A stretch of 64,000 bases of DNA from Devosia sp. (lineage in GTDB: Bacteria; Pseudomonadota; Alphaproteobacteria; Rhizobiales; Devosiaceae): the NCBI GenBank assembly GCA_026126125.1, contig JAHCJW010000003.1, positions 4,288 through 68,287 on the forward strand, written 5' to 3'. This document shows positions 46,101-55,841 of this stretch, piece by piece. The notes beneath the pieces are model-generated. The model was given only the letters and a program-made list of their open reading frames with translations, searched no databases and had not been told where the DNA came from. A program made the translations under genes and the position numbers. How positions within the stretch are numbered: position 1 is the first letter of the stretch; each line of letters opens with the position of its first letter.

Positions 46101-46141
46101 CTTTGAAGTGCGGCCTGATGTCAGGAATAGGCACTTCAAAG
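46101..46141 (+). promoter_or_regulatory. Perfect 11-bp inverted repeat whose 3' arm runs into the Shine-Dalgarno sequence of the binding-protein gene
   Basis: CTTTGAAGTGC (46101-46111), a 19-nt loop with an inner CCTGA/TCAGG hairpin, then GCACTTCAAAG (46131-46141). The SD AAGGGAG lies at 46139-46145 and the ATG at 46148. Confidence 0.4.
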
Positions 46142-46147
46142 GGAGAC

Positions 46148-47668
46148 ATGATGAACAAGAAGATTTCCCGGACCGCACTCGCCGGCATGGCTGCGGCCCT
46201 TCTCGCTTCGGCCAGCCTGGCCCTGCCGGCACAGGCCGCAAACCTGCGCCTGGCCTGGGCTCAGGACGCGACCGGCCTTGATCCGCACGCGCAGACGGCC
46301 TTCTCGTCCCTGCGCCTTTTGGAGCTGATCTACGAGCCGCTGGTGCGACATGATTCGGCGCTCGATGTTGTTCCCGCTGTTGCTGAAAGCTGGGAATTTT
46401 CCGATGACGGTCAGACACTTACCTTCAAGATCGACCCTAATGCCAAGTTCAGCGACGGCGCCCAGGTTACCTCCGAGGACGTCAAGGCCTCGTTCGAGCG
46501 GCTGCTCGATGAAGCCACCGGCGCGGCCGCGCGCTCGAACTTCCTCTCCATCGCCTCGATCGATGCGCCCGATCCGGCCACCGTCGTTTTCAACCTGTCG
46601 CAGCCCGACGCGCCGCTGCTCGTCGCCATGGCCTCGATCAACGCTGCGGTCGTGCCGGCCAAGGCAGTGACCGAAGGCACCGTCGCCACCACGGCGCTGG
46701 GCTCCGGCCCCTTCGTTCTCGACAGCTGGGAGCCCAATTCGCGCGAACAGCTCAGCGTCAACGCCCACTGGGCCGGCGGCGATATCGCCTATGACGGCAT
46801 CACCATCTCGGTCCTGCCCGACGAAACCGCCATCCTCGCCTCGCTCCGCGCCGGCCAGACCGACTTCGCGCTGATCAATGATCCGCTGGTCGCCACACTG
46901 GTCCCCAACGAGCCCAACCTGCAGCTCAACGCCGTTCCGGGCCTTGCCTATAACGTGCTTCAGCTCAATCCCTCGCGCGCGCCGATGGACAAGCTGCAGG
47001 TGCGCCAGGCCATTTCCTGCGCCGTCGACCGCCAGGACGTGCTCGACACCGCGCTGGTCGGCGAGGGCAAGGTAACCGGTCCGCTGACCATGCCGGCCTA
47101 TGCCAGCGATCCCTCGACCCTGTTCTGCTATGAGCAGGACATCGAAAAGGCCAAGGCGCTGATGGCCGAGGCTGGCGTCGACGGCTTCTCGGTCAAGGTC
47201 ATCGCCGCCACCGGCGAGCCGCCGGTCGCTTCGGCCGAGGCTCAGGTGTTGCAGAGCCAGCTGGCGGAAATCGGCATCAAGCTCGAAATCGAGCTGATGG
47301 AGCTCAACGTCTATGTCGATCGCTGGCTGGCCGGCGATTTCGACATGGCCGTGGCCCAGAATGGCGGCCGCGCCGACCCTTATCCGATGTATAACCGCTA
47401 CTTCACCAAGGCCGGCAATCTGGTGAAGGTCTCGAACTTCACCGATGACGAGATCGACAGCCTGCTCCAGCAGGGCCGGGTTGAAACCGACATTGCCAAG
47501 CGCAAGGAAATCTTCGCTCAGTTCGAGGCTCGCCTCACCGAGCTGGCGCCCTGGGTGTGGCTGTCGACCTCCAACACCTATACGGCGCAGCTCAAGACCC
47601 TTTCGGGCTTCGAGCCTTCCGCCACCGGCACGCTGTTCAGCCTCACCAAGGTGACGCTGGGTCAGTAA
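46148..47668 (+). CDS. ABC transporter substrate-binding protein, family 5
   Basis: I trimmed the 46103 ORF to ATG 46148. It has a signal peptide (MMNKKISRTALAGMAAALLASASLALPAQA) and the family-5 segment TLTFKIDPNAKFSDGAQVTSEDV. Confidence 0.9.
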   Translation: MMNKKISRTALAGMAAALLASASLALPAQAANLRLAWAQDATGLDPHAQTAFSSLRLLELIYEPLVRHDSALDVVPAVAESWEFSDDGQTLTFKIDPNAKFSDGAQVTSEDVKASFERLLDEATGAAARSNFLSIASIDAPDPATVVFNLSQPDAPLLVAMASINAAVVPAKAVTEGTVATTALGSGPFVLDSWEPNSREQLSVNAHWAGGDIAYDGITISVLPDETAILASLRAGQTDFALINDPLVATLVPNEPNLQLNAVPGLAYNVLQLNPSRAPMDKLQVRQAISCAVDRQDVLDTALVGEGKVTGPLTMPAYASDPSTLFCYEQDIEKAKALMAEAGVDGFSVKVIAATGEPPVASAEAQVLQSQLAEIGIKLEIELMELNVYVDRWLAGDFDMAVAQNGGRADPYPMYNRYFTKAGNLVKVSNFTDDEIDSLLQQGRVETDIAKRKEIFAQFEARLTELAPWVWLSTSNTYTAQLKTLSGFEPSATGTLFSLTKVTLGQ

Positions 47669-47675
47669 TCGACTT

Positions 47676-47700
47676 GGGGCGGGCCTTACGGGCTCGCCCC
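47676..47700 (+). promoter_or_regulatory. Intercistronic stem-loop between the binding-protein and permease genes
   Basis: A 10-bp GC-rich stem with one G-U pair (ggggcgggcc and gggctcgcccc) and a 5-nt loop, with no T-tract. Confidence 0.45.
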
Positions 47701-47752
47701 TCTCCTGCCCAGGCTGGCTCATTCCTTTCTTCTTTCCTTCAGGACCCAGGCC

Positions 47753-48712
47753 ATGCCCTATCTGGCTCGACGGCTGCTGACTTTTCCGCTGATCCTCATC
47801 GGCGTATCGCTGCTCGTGTTTTTTTCCATCCGCATGATCCCCGGCGATGCGATCACCGCCATGCTTGGCACCGAATCGGGTTTGCTTACCCCCGTCCAGC
47901 GCCAGGCCTTGGCTGAGTATTTCGGAATCGATCAGCCGGTTCTGGTGCAATATGGGCGCTGGCTGAGCGGCGTGATGCAGGGGGATCTCGGCCTCTCCGT
48001 CACGCATGGACGGCCGGTGTTGACCATCATACTCGAGCGCTTTCCCCTGACGCTGGAACTGGCGCTGCTTTCCATGGTGATCGCGCTGGGCATCGGCGTG
48101 CCCGCCGGCGTTCTGGCGGCCACGCAAAGCGAACGCCCCAGCGATGTGACGGTGCGCATCATCGCCATGCTGGGCCAGTCGACGCCGGGTTTCGTCGTCG
48201 GCCTCGTCATCATCTATGTGCTCTCGGTCTATTTCGGCTTCGTTCCCACCATGGGCAGCTTCGTGCCGATCTGGGTCGATCCGCTGGCCAATCTGGCGCA
48301 ACTGATCTTTCCCGCCATTACGCTGGGCTTTGCCTTTGCCGCCTCGGTGACGCGCATTTCGCGCGCTTCGATGCTCGACGTGCTCAGTGACGATTATGTG
48401 CGCACCGCCCGCGCCAAGGGCGTGCCCAAGCTTAGCGTCGTCTGGCATCATGCCCTGCCCAATGCGCTGATCCCCGTGGTGACGCTGAGCGGCGTCGAAT
48501 TCGGCTATCTTCTGGGTGGCGCGGTCATCGTCGAGCAGATTTTCGCGCTGCCCGGGCTCGGGCGATTGACCCTCGAGGCCATTGGCCAGCGCGACTATGC
48601 GCTGGTGCAGGGCTGCGTGCTGTTCATCGCCTTCAACTTCCTTATCGTTAACCTGCTGGTCGATCTTGCCTATGCCGCACTCGATCCGCGCATCCGGCTG
48701 GGAGCGCGCTGA
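47753..48712 (+). CDS. ABC transporter permease (DppB type)
   Basis: 319 aa polytopic protein. The segment YVRTARAKGVPKLSVVWHHALPNA is the EAA-loop region. Confidence 0.9.
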   Translation: MPYLARRLLTFPLILIGVSLLVFFSIRMIPGDAITAMLGTESGLLTPVQRQALAEYFGIDQPVLVQYGRWLSGVMQGDLGLSVTHGRPVLTIILERFPLTLELALLSMVIALGIGVPAGVLAATQSERPSDVTVRIIAMLGQSTPGFVVGLVIIYVLSVYFGFVPTMGSFVPIWVDPLANLAQLIFPAITLGFAFAASVTRISRASMLDVLSDDYVRTARAKGVPKLSVVWHHALPNALIPVVTLSGVEFGYLLGGAVIVEQIFALPGLGRLTLEAIGQRDYALVQGCVLFIAFNFLIVNLLVDLAYAALDPRIRLGAR

Positions 48713-49551
48713 TGCGGATTCTCAAGGCCATCGTGGCCCATCCAACCGGCCGCATCGGCGCGGCGATCATCGCGATCTATCTGCTCCTTGCCGTGTGCGG
48801 CTATTTTGGCTTCACGCCGCACGATCCCCTGCAGCAGTTCCGTGTCGATCGGCTCAAGCCGCCCAGCTCCAGCTATCTGATGGGGACGGACCTTTTCGGT
48901 CGCGACACGGCCAGCCGGCTGATGGCCGGGATCGGCCAATCCTTCATCATCGCCTTTGCCTCGGTGGGCCTGGCAACATTGCTCGGCACGATCATCGGTT
49001 TGCTGGCCGGCTGGTGGGGCGGGCTTCTCGACGGGGTATTCATGCGCTCGATGGACATGCTGCTGGCGTTTCCGGCGATCCTGCTGGCGCTGCTGATCAT
49101 CGCCATTGTCGGGCCGGGGACGGCAACCAGCGTCGTGGCCATCGCCGCGGTCTATACGCCGATCTTCGCGCGGGTGGTGCGCGGGCCGGTCCTCACGCTC
49201 AAGCGCCGGGATTTTGTCGATGCGGCAAGGACTTTCGGCAGCTCGCAGGGTTATATCCTGAGCCGGCACATGCTGCTCAATCTCGTCGCGCCGCTCACCG
49301 TGCAGGTGACGCTGGCGCTGGCCTGGGCCTTGCTGACCGAGGCCGGGCTCAGCTTTCTCGGGCTTGGCACGCAGCCGCCCGCGCCTTCGCTGGGGTTGAT
49401 GATGAGCGAGGCGCGCAATCTCATGCAACAGGCCCCCTGGCTGCTCGCCTTTCCGGGCCTCACCATCATGCTGGGGATATTGGGGTTCAATTTGTTCGGT
49501 GATGCCTTGCGCGATATTCTCGATCCGCGCAGCCAGGGGAGATCGTCATGA
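48712..49551 (+). CDS. ABC transporter permease (DppC type)
   Basis: 279 aa with YLMGTDLFGRDTASRLMAG. A TGATG junction links it to the preceding gene. Confidence 0.9.
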   Translation: MRILKAIVAHPTGRIGAAIIAIYLLLAVCGYFGFTPHDPLQQFRVDRLKPPSSSYLMGTDLFGRDTASRLMAGIGQSFIIAFASVGLATLLGTIIGLLAGWWGGLLDGVFMRSMDMLLAFPAILLALLIIAIVGPGTATSVVAIAAVYTPIFARVVRGPVLTLKRRDFVDAARTFGSSQGYILSRHMLLNLVAPLTVQVTLALAWALLTEAGLSFLGLGTQPPAPSLGLMMSEARNLMQQAPWLLAFPGLTIMLGILGFNLFGDALRDILDPRSQGRSS

Positions 49552-51275
49552 CCCCACTGTTGCGCGTGCGTGAGTTGAAGGTCGGGTTTGGCCGAAAAGC
49601 CGATGCAAACCCGGTGGTCAAGGGCGTGAGTTTCGACCTCGAGGCGGGACAAACCCTTGCCATCGTTGGCGAAAGCGGGTCTGGAAAATCGGTGACAGCC
49701 CTGTCGATCAATCGTCTGGTCGATTTTGGCGGGGGAAAGATCGTCGGCGGAAGCATGGCGTTTGCCCGCCCCGATGGCAGCGTGCTGGATATTGCCAGCG
49801 CCGATGAAAGCGCGCTCACCGGCATTCGCGGGCGCGAAATCGGCATGATTTTTCAAGAGCCGATGACGTCGCTCAACCCGGTGCATACCGTGGGCGCGCA
49901 GATCGAGGAGGCTTTCCGGCTTAATCGCGGGCTTGGTGGCGCCGCTGCACAGGCGGCGGCGCGAGAGGCGCTGGAGCGGGTGCGCATTCCCGATGCCGCC
50001 GAGCGGTTGCGTTATTATCCCCATCAACTCTCCGGCGGCATGCGGCAGCGGGTGATGATCGCCATGGCGCTGGCGGGCAATCCGCGCCTGCTGATTGCCG
50101 ACGAGCCGACGACGGCGCTCGACGTGACGGTGCAGGCGCAGATCATGGCGCTGTTGGCCGAGCTCAAGGCCGAATTGGACATGGCGATGATTTTCATCAC
50201 CCATGACATGGGGCTGGTCGCCGGGATCGCCGACCAGATCATGGTGATGCAGCAGGGCGAAGTGGTGGAACGGGGCCCGACCGACGCGGTGCTCGACAGT
50301 CCGCAGCATGCCTACACCAAGCATCTTCTGGAGGCGGTGCCGCATTTTCGCGGCGGGGCTGCGGTGAGGACGGATCGTCCGGCCGAGGGGGTCCGCAAAC
50401 CCGTGGTGGCGGTGGACGGGCTGACCGTGCGCTTTCCGATCGGGGGCGGATTTTTGGCCCGGAAATCGGGAGCCATCCACGCGGTCGAGGGCGTCACCTT
50501 CGATCTTATCGCCGGCGAAACCCTTGCCATCGTTGGAGAAAGCGGCTCGGGCAAGTCGACGACGGCTCGGGCCATTCTTGGTCTTGTCGCGGCGACGCGC
50601 GGGGCCATTCAGACGGCGCCCGGTCGAAGTGGGCGGCCGGTGCAGATGGTGTTCCAGGACCCGTTCGCCTCGCTCAATCCCCGGCTGACGGTCGAGAGCC
50701 TGATGGCGGAGCCGGCTATCGCGGCGGGGCAGCGCGTCGATGCCAGGCTGCGCGAGCGCATGGTGTTTTTGCTCGAGCGGGTTGGACTTTCGGCCGAGGC
50801 GCTGGAGCGCTATCCGCATCAGTTTTCCGGCGGGCAGCGGCAGCGATTGTGCATTGCGCGGGCGCTGATGCTCAATCCCGATGTGGTGGTGCTGGACGAA
50901 GCGGTGTCGGCGCTCGATGTGTCGGTGCAGGCGCGCGTCCTCGATCTTCTCATTGATTTGCAAAGCGAATTCGGCCTGGCCTATCTGTTCATCTCACATG
51001 ACATGGCGGTGGTGGAGCGCATCGCGCACCGGGTGGCGGTGATGTATGCGGGTGAGGTGGTCGAGATCGGCGCCGCCTCGGCGGTGCTCTCGCAACCCCA
51101 TCATGCCTATACCAGGCGCCTGATCGCGGCGGTGCCGGAGATGGAGCGACGGCGGCAGCGCTATGATGTGGATACGACGCCGGTGCCGTCGCTGATCAAG
51201 CCCAAGGGCTTTGAGCCCCAGCCGGCGGCCTGGATCGAGGTCGGGGCCGATCATCGCGCCCGGGTAGAAGAGTAA
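49548..51275 (+). CDS. Fused double ABC ATPase (two nucleotide-binding domains in one polypeptide; GsiA/YejF-like architecture)
   Basis: 575 aa with two full motif sets: GESGSGKSV / LSGGMRQRV / [12 protein letters not shown] and GESGSGKST / FSGGQRQRL / [12 protein letters not shown]. Confidence 0.9.
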   Translation: MTPLLRVRELKVGFGRKADANPVVKGVSFDLEAGQTLAIVGESGSGKSVTALSINRLVDFGGGKIVGGSMAFARPDGSVLDIASADESALTGIRGREIGMIFQEPMTSLNPVHTVGAQIEEAFRLNRGLGGAAAQAAAREALERVRIPDAAERLRYYPHQLSGGMRQRVMIAMALAGNPRLLIADEPTTALDVTVQAQIMALLAELKAELDMAMIFITHDMGLVAGIADQIMVMQQGEVVERGPTDAVLDSPQHAYTKHLLEAVPHFRGGAAVRTDRPAEGVRKPVVAVDGLTVRFPIGGGFLARKSGAIHAVEGVTFDLIAGETLAIVGESGSGKSTTARAILGLVAATRGAIQTAPGRSGRPVQMVFQDPFASLNPRLTVESLMAEPAIAAGQRVDARLRERMVFLLERVGLSAEALERYPHQFSGGQRQRLCIARALMLNPDVVVLDEAVSALDVSVQARVLDLLIDLQSEFGLAYLFISHDMAVVERIAHRVAVMYAGEVVEIGAASAVLSQPHHAYTRRLIAAVPEMERRRQRYDVDTTPVPSLIKPKGFEPQPAAWIEVGADHRARVEE

Positions 51276-52271
51276 ATGAGCAAGAATTTCGATAGTGCGT
51301 TCAACCTGTTAGCAGAGGCGGTCGCGGCCGGAAAAATTCCCGGCGGCGTGCTGGGCTTCCTCGACGCTGCCGGAAATCGGCAGGTGTGCGCCATAGGCCA
51401 GGCGCAGCGCGAGCCGGTTTGTCGGCCGATGACGGAGCAGAGTTGGTTCGATCTGGCGTCGCTGACCAAGGTGCTGTTCACGACGCCGCGGATTTTGAAA
51501 CTGGCGGCGGAGGGGGTGATCGATCTCGATGCGCCGCTGACCCAGGTGATCCCGGATTTCGCGCAGTATAATCTTGACAATTGGCAGCGAAAAATCACGT
51601 TCCGTCAATGCCTTGGCCATCAGACGCCGCTGCCGGGGGTGTTTCCGCTCTATACCTATGGCAACGATCCGAACCAGTTGCGGCATTTCGTGTTGCAGCG
51701 GAACTGGGAGGCGGGGCCGGCGGTCTATTCGGACCTCAATTTCATTCTTCTGGGCATCGCCATTGAGCGGCTGACGGGCAAAACCATTCGGGATATCGAG
51801 CCGGATCAAGGGTTTGCCTGGGGCGCGGCGCCGGAGGCGGCGGCAGCGACCGAACGGTGCGCCTGGCGCGGGCGGGTGCTGTGCGGCGAGGTGCATGACG
51901 AAAATTGCGCGGCGCTGCAGGGCGCAGGCCATGCTGGCCTGTTCGGCACCGCAGACGCGGTTCTGGAGTGGGGGTTTGGCGCCCTTAATGCTAGCGGACT
52001 GTTAGCGTCGAGTGTCGCACTTATGCGCCAGGCGCTATCGGGCCGACGCACGCATGGCTGGGAGCGGCCCTATGAGGGCTGGTCAGGGGGCGAGCTGTGC
52101 TCGCCGGGAACCATCGGCCATACGGGTTTTACCGGAACCGGGCTGTGGATCGATTTCGACCGGGGCCATGCCTGGACACTTCTGACCAATCGCGTGCATC
52201 CGACGCGGCATTTCGACAGCGGGATCTTTGCCCTACGCCGCGCCGTGGGCGACCGCATCAATCAGAATTGA
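51276..52271 (+). CDS. Beta-lactamase-fold serine hydrolase (class C / PBP4*-like)
   Basis: 331 aa with the motifs SLTK (SxxK), YSDLN (YxN-like) and HTGFTG (KTG-like). The start codon directly abuts the ATPase stop (TAAATG). Confidence 0.8.
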   Translation: MSKNFDSAFNLLAEAVAAGKIPGGVLGFLDAAGNRQVCAIGQAQREPVCRPMTEQSWFDLASLTKVLFTTPRILKLAAEGVIDLDAPLTQVIPDFAQYNLDNWQRKITFRQCLGHQTPLPGVFPLYTYGNDPNQLRHFVLQRNWEAGPAVYSDLNFILLGIAIERLTGKTIRDIEPDQGFAWGAAPEAAAATERCAWRGRVLCGEVHDENCAALQGAGHAGLFGTADAVLEWGFGALNASGLLASSVALMRQALSGRRTHGWERPYEGWSGGELCSPGTIGHTGFTGTGLWIDFDRGHAWTLLTNRVHPTRHFDSGIFALRRAVGDRINQN

Positions 52272-52282
52272 AGGATTTTTCC

Positions 52283-53398
52283 ATGGAACCGATCTGGACC
52301 ATCGGGCTGATGACCGGAACCGTGCTTGACGGCAATATCGACATTGCCATGCTCAAGACCGATGGCGAGACCATTGCCGAATTCGGGCCGTATACGCTGG
52401 CGCCGTATAGCGCCGAAGTGCGGGCGCTGCTCGAGGAGACGCTGACGGCGGCGCGGGCGTGGAATTTCGAAGGGGCTGACCCGGAAATTTTCGCGCGGGC
52501 CGAGGCGGCGCTGACGCGGGCGCAGTCCGAAGCGGTCCTCGACTTCGTCAAGGCGTCGGGCATGGCGATGAGCGATATCGGCGTGGTCGGGTTTCATGGC
52601 CAGACGGTTCTACACCGGGCGCCGCAGCAGGGGCGTATCGGGGATACACGGCAATTGGGCGATGGCGCGCTGATGCGCGAGATGCTGGGCGTGAAGGTGG
52701 TCTATGATTTCCGTTCCGCCGATGTGAAGGCGGGCGGGCAGGGCGCGCCGCTGGCCGCGACCTATCACCGGGCGCTGCTGCGGCGGTTGGGCGTGGCACG
52801 CGACACGGCGGTGCTCAATCTGGGCGGGGTGGCCAATGTCACCTATTGGGATGGGGCGGATGGGCTGGTGGCTTTCGACACCGGGCCGGCCAATGCGCCG
52901 ATCAACGACTTCATGAAGGCGCGGGGCCTGGGGGAAATGGATCGGGACGGGGCGCTGGCGGCGACCGGAGCGGTGGACGAGGCGCGGCTGACAAAACTGC
53001 TCGAGCATCCCTATCTCGCGGCGGCCTATCCCAAATCGCTCGACCGCTTCGATTTTCCGGCCAGCATGGCCGATGGGCTGGACGACGCGACGGGAGCGGC
53101 GACATTGACGGCGTTCACCGCCGGGGCGGTGGGCAAGGCGCTCGATCTGTTGCCGAGCCGGCCGACGCGGCTGATCGTTTCCGGCGGCGGGCGGCACAAT
53201 CCGACATTGATGCGGATGCTGGCGGAACGGGCCAGGGTCGAGGCGGTGAATGCGGACGCGGTGGGCTGGCGCGGCGACGCGGTCGAGGCGGAATGTTTCG
53301 GCCTTCTGGCGACGCGAGTGCTGCGCGGCCTGCCGATCAGCTTTCCGACGACGACAGGGGTGGCGACGCCGATGACGGGCGGCACATTGGTGGCGTAA
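52283..53398 (+). CDS. anmK: Anhydro-N-acetylmuramic acid kinase
   Basis: I trimmed the 52097 ORF to ATG 52283. [24 protein letters not shown] matches the AnmK N-terminal GLMSGTSxDG-type motif, and the length is about 371 aa. Confidence 0.9.
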   Translation: MEPIWTIGLMTGTVLDGNIDIAMLKTDGETIAEFGPYTLAPYSAEVRALLEETLTAARAWNFEGADPEIFARAEAALTRAQSEAVLDFVKASGMAMSDIGVVGFHGQTVLHRAPQQGRIGDTRQLGDGALMREMLGVKVVYDFRSADVKAGGQGAPLAATYHRALLRRLGVARDTAVLNLGGVANVTYWDGADGLVAFDTGPANAPINDFMKARGLGEMDRDGALAATGAVDEARLTKLLEHPYLAAAYPKSLDRFDFPASMADGLDDATGAATLTAFTAGAVGKALDLLPSRPTRLIVSGGGRHNPTLMRMLAERARVEAVNADAVGWRGDAVEAECFGLLATRVLRGLPISFPTTTGVATPMTGGTLVA

Positions 53399-53421
53399 GG
53401 GCGTCGGGCTTGCCGATGCTT

Positions 53422-53526
53422 CCTTGTACAGCGCATTGCGTTTCTTTCAGATCAGCTCGCTGCGCTTGAGCCCTTTGTTTTGCCGCATGTCTCTCGAAAC
53501 CGGGGCCAGTTTCGGGAGACATGCTC
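53422..53526 (-). repeat. Dispersed intergenic repeat, family R subfamily b, copy 5 (inverted)
   Basis: The reverse complement reads gagcatgtctcccgaaactggccccggtttcgagagacatgcggcaaaacaaagggctcaagcgcag...tctgaaagaaacgcaatgcgct, close to copy 4. It lies after the anmK stop. Confidence 0.7.
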
Positions 53527-53530
53527 CAGA

Positions 53531-53572
53531 AGGCCCCTCACCCCGGCCCTCTCCCCAGAGGGACGAGGGGGC
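53531..53572 (-). repeat. Isolated copy of the cccctcacccc...ccctctcccc...ggggcgaggggg module found in the 209-bp unit
   Basis: The sequence ggcccctcaccccggccctctccccagagggacgagggggcg is similar to the reverse complement of 30398-30443 and 30607-30652. Confidence 0.55.
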
Positions 53573-53695
53573 GCAGGAGGGGAGGAATTCATGTCGGACG
53601 GGAAGGCTACAGCATGCCGCTTGCCATAGTCCTCACCCCGTAGACCTCATCTTCGTCCTTCGAGACGCCGCTTTGCGGCTCCGCGGGTCTGGTAG

Positions 53696-54115
53696 CTACA
53701 GCTTTTTCTGCAGGAATGTGCGGGTCCGGCCCTTGGGGAAGTCGGGAAGGGTGCCGAAGAGGTGGTAGCCGGCGGCTTGGTAGACCTTGAGGGCAATCGG
53801 GTTGAAAGTGTCGATATAGGCGCCGTGGCAGCCTCTGGCGCGGGCTTCGGTCTCGGCGGCATCGAGCAGGCGCTGGGCCCAGCGCTGGCCGCGCAGGGGT
53901 TCGGCGATGAACAGCCATTGAATATAGAGCCAGCCCCAGGCGGTGTAGCCGGAAAGGCCGCCCTCGATGGTGCCGGCCTCGTTGGAGAGGGTAATGACGA
54001 GGGGGCGGCGGTCGGCGGGGCCGACATCGGCCTGGTTGAAGGCGGTGAGGCCCTCGCCGATGGCGGCGAGATCCTGGGGCGAGGGGGCCTCGGTGAGGCG
54101 AAGGGTGACGGTCAT
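53696..54115 (-). CDS. GNAT-family N-acetyltransferase
   Basis: 139 aa with an acetyl-CoA binding core (LRGQRWAQRLLDAAETEARARGCHGAYIDT). It overlaps the upstream ATPase stop by 4 nt. Confidence 0.8.
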   Translation of the reverse strand: MTVTLRLTEAPSPQDLAAIGEGLTAFNQADVGPADRRPLVITLSNEAGTIEGGLSGYTAWGWLYIQWLFIAEPLRGQRWAQRLLDAAETEARARGCHGAYIDTFNPIALKVYQAAGYHLFGTLPDFPKGRTRTFLQKKL

Positions 54116-55026
54116 CTGCCGTCTTCGGGCATGGGGCGGATGAAGTGGTTCTGTGCCACCTGACGAATTTCCGGCTGGGGCAGGGCGGCGCGGCGGCGGA
54201 TGGTCTCGATCTGGTCGAGTTCCGCGCCCGCGTCGGAAAAGCGCCGGTCGGGGTCGGGGACGGCCGAGAGCAGCAGGCGCGTATAGGGATGCTGGGGATT
54301 GTCGAGCACGCTATCCATGGCGCCCCATTCGACGATCTGGCCTGAATACATGACCATGATGTCTTCGGCGACGTAGCGGGCCGTGGCGATGTCGTGGGTG
54401 ATGTAGAGCAGCGCCAGCCCCAGTTCCGCCTTCATGTCGTTGAGGAGGTTGAGAATGCCCAGCCGCACCGAGACGTCGAGCATCGAGGTTGGCTCGTCGG
54501 CGACGATGACCTTGGGGTTGACCGCCAGAGCGCGGGCGATGGAGATGCGCTGGCGCTGGCCGCCCGAGAGTTCATGCGGATATTTGGGCATGACGATGGC
54601 CGGGTCGAGCTTGACCCGGGTGAGCAGTTCCGCAATCGCGGCCTTGCGCTGGCTGCCGGTCAGCCCGGGCTGATGCAGGCGCAGCGGGCGCTCGAGGTGA
54701 TAGCGGATGGTGTGGGCCGGATTGAGCGAAGAGAACGGGTCCTGAAAGACCATCTGCACCGAAGAGCGGTAGGCCTTGATCGCCCTGGCGTCGGCTTTGC
54801 CCAGGGGAGCGCCCTGAAACAGCAATTGCCCGTGGTCGGGACTGTATTCGCGCATGATGAGGCGGGCGGCGGTGGTCTTGCCCGAACCGCTTTCGCCCAC
54901 CAACGCCAGGGTGCGGCCGGAATGGAGGGCGAAGGAGACATCGCGCGCCGCATAGACGGCGCTGTCGCCCTTGCCGAAAATCTTCGAGACGGTTTTGAGG
55001 GCGAGGATGGGCGCGGTGTCGCTCAT
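54112..55026 (-). CDS. ABC transporter ATP-binding protein (OppF/DppF type)
   Basis: 304 aa with [24 protein letters not shown] and VIVADEPTSMLD. Confidence 0.9.
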   Translation of the reverse strand: MSDTAPILALKTVSKIFGKGDSAVYAARDVSFALHSGRTLALVGESGSGKTTAARLIMREYSPDHGQLLFQGAPLGKADARAIKAYRSSVQMVFQDPFSSLNPAHTIRYHLERPLRLHQPGLTGSQRKAAIAELLTRVKLDPAIVMPKYPHELSGGQRQRISIARALAVNPKVIVADEPTSMLDVSVRLGILNLLNDMKAELGLALLYITHDIATARYVAEDIMVMYSGQIVEWGAMDSVLDNPQHPYTRLLLSAVPDPDRRFSDAGAELDQIETIRRRAALPQPEIRQVAQNHFIRPMPEDGR

Positions 55027-55841
55027 GATGTGGCCTCGCGGACGATCTGGGCGCCGTGCAGCTTGGGCATGGAGGCCCAGAGACGCTTGGTGTAATCGTG
55101 CTGGGGGGAATGGTAGATGGTCTGGGCGTCGTTGACTTCGACCAGATGGCCTTCGAGCATGATGCCGATGCGGTCCGATACCTGCACCATCAGGCTCAGA
55201 TCATGGGTGATGAACAGCACGGCAAAGCCCAGTTGCTTGCGCAGCGTATCGATGCGTTGCAGGATTTCGCGCTGCACCACCACGTCGAGCGCCGTGGTCG
55301 GCTCATCCATGATCAGGAGCTTGGGATTGAGCGCCAGGCAAATGGCGATGACGATGCGCTGGCGCATGCCGCCCGAGCATTGATGGGGATAGGCGGAGAG
55401 CCGGTCGGGCGAAATATCCACCAGTTTCAAAAGCTCGGCGGCGCGGGCGCGGGCGGCTTCGCGAGTGGTCTGGGTGTGGGTGCGCAGGACGTCGTAGAAC
55501 TGCTCTTCGATGGTCAGCACCGGATTGAGCGAATTCATGGCGCTCTGGAACACCATTGCCACTTCGCGCCAGCGGAAGGCGCGCAAGGCGTCGTCATCGA
55601 GGGTGAGCACGTCGCGGCCATCGACGAGGATTTCGCTGCCCTTGCGGATCAGCGCCGGCGGGCGATGGAGGCGACTGACGGCGAAGGCGATGGTGGATTT
55701 GCCGCAGCCCGATTCCCCGGCGAGCCCGAAAAGCTCGCCAGGCTGGATGTCGAAGCTGACGCCCTTGACGGCGTGGAAGTCGGTTTCGGCGCCGATATAG
55801 TCGATGACGAGATTGCGGACGGAAAGGACGGGATTGGTCAC
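55023..55841 (-). CDS. ABC transporter ATP-binding protein (OppD/DppD type)
   Basis: I trimmed the 55997 ORF to GTG 55841, giving a GTGA overlap with the permease stop. It has GESGCGKST, CSGGMRQRI and [12 protein letters not shown]. Confidence 0.85.
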   Translation of the reverse strand: MTNPVLSVRNLVIDYIGAETDFHAVKGVSFDIQPGELFGLAGESGCGKSTIAFAVSRLHRPPALIRKGSEILVDGRDVLTLDDDALRAFRWREVAMVFQSAMNSLNPVLTIEEQFYDVLRTHTQTTREAARARAAELLKLVDISPDRLSAYPHQCSGGMRQRIVIAICLALNPKLLIMDEPTTALDVVVQREILQRIDTLRKQLGFAVLFITHDLSLMVQVSDRIGIMLEGHLVEVNDAQTIYHSPQHDYTKRLWASMPKLHGAQIVREATS

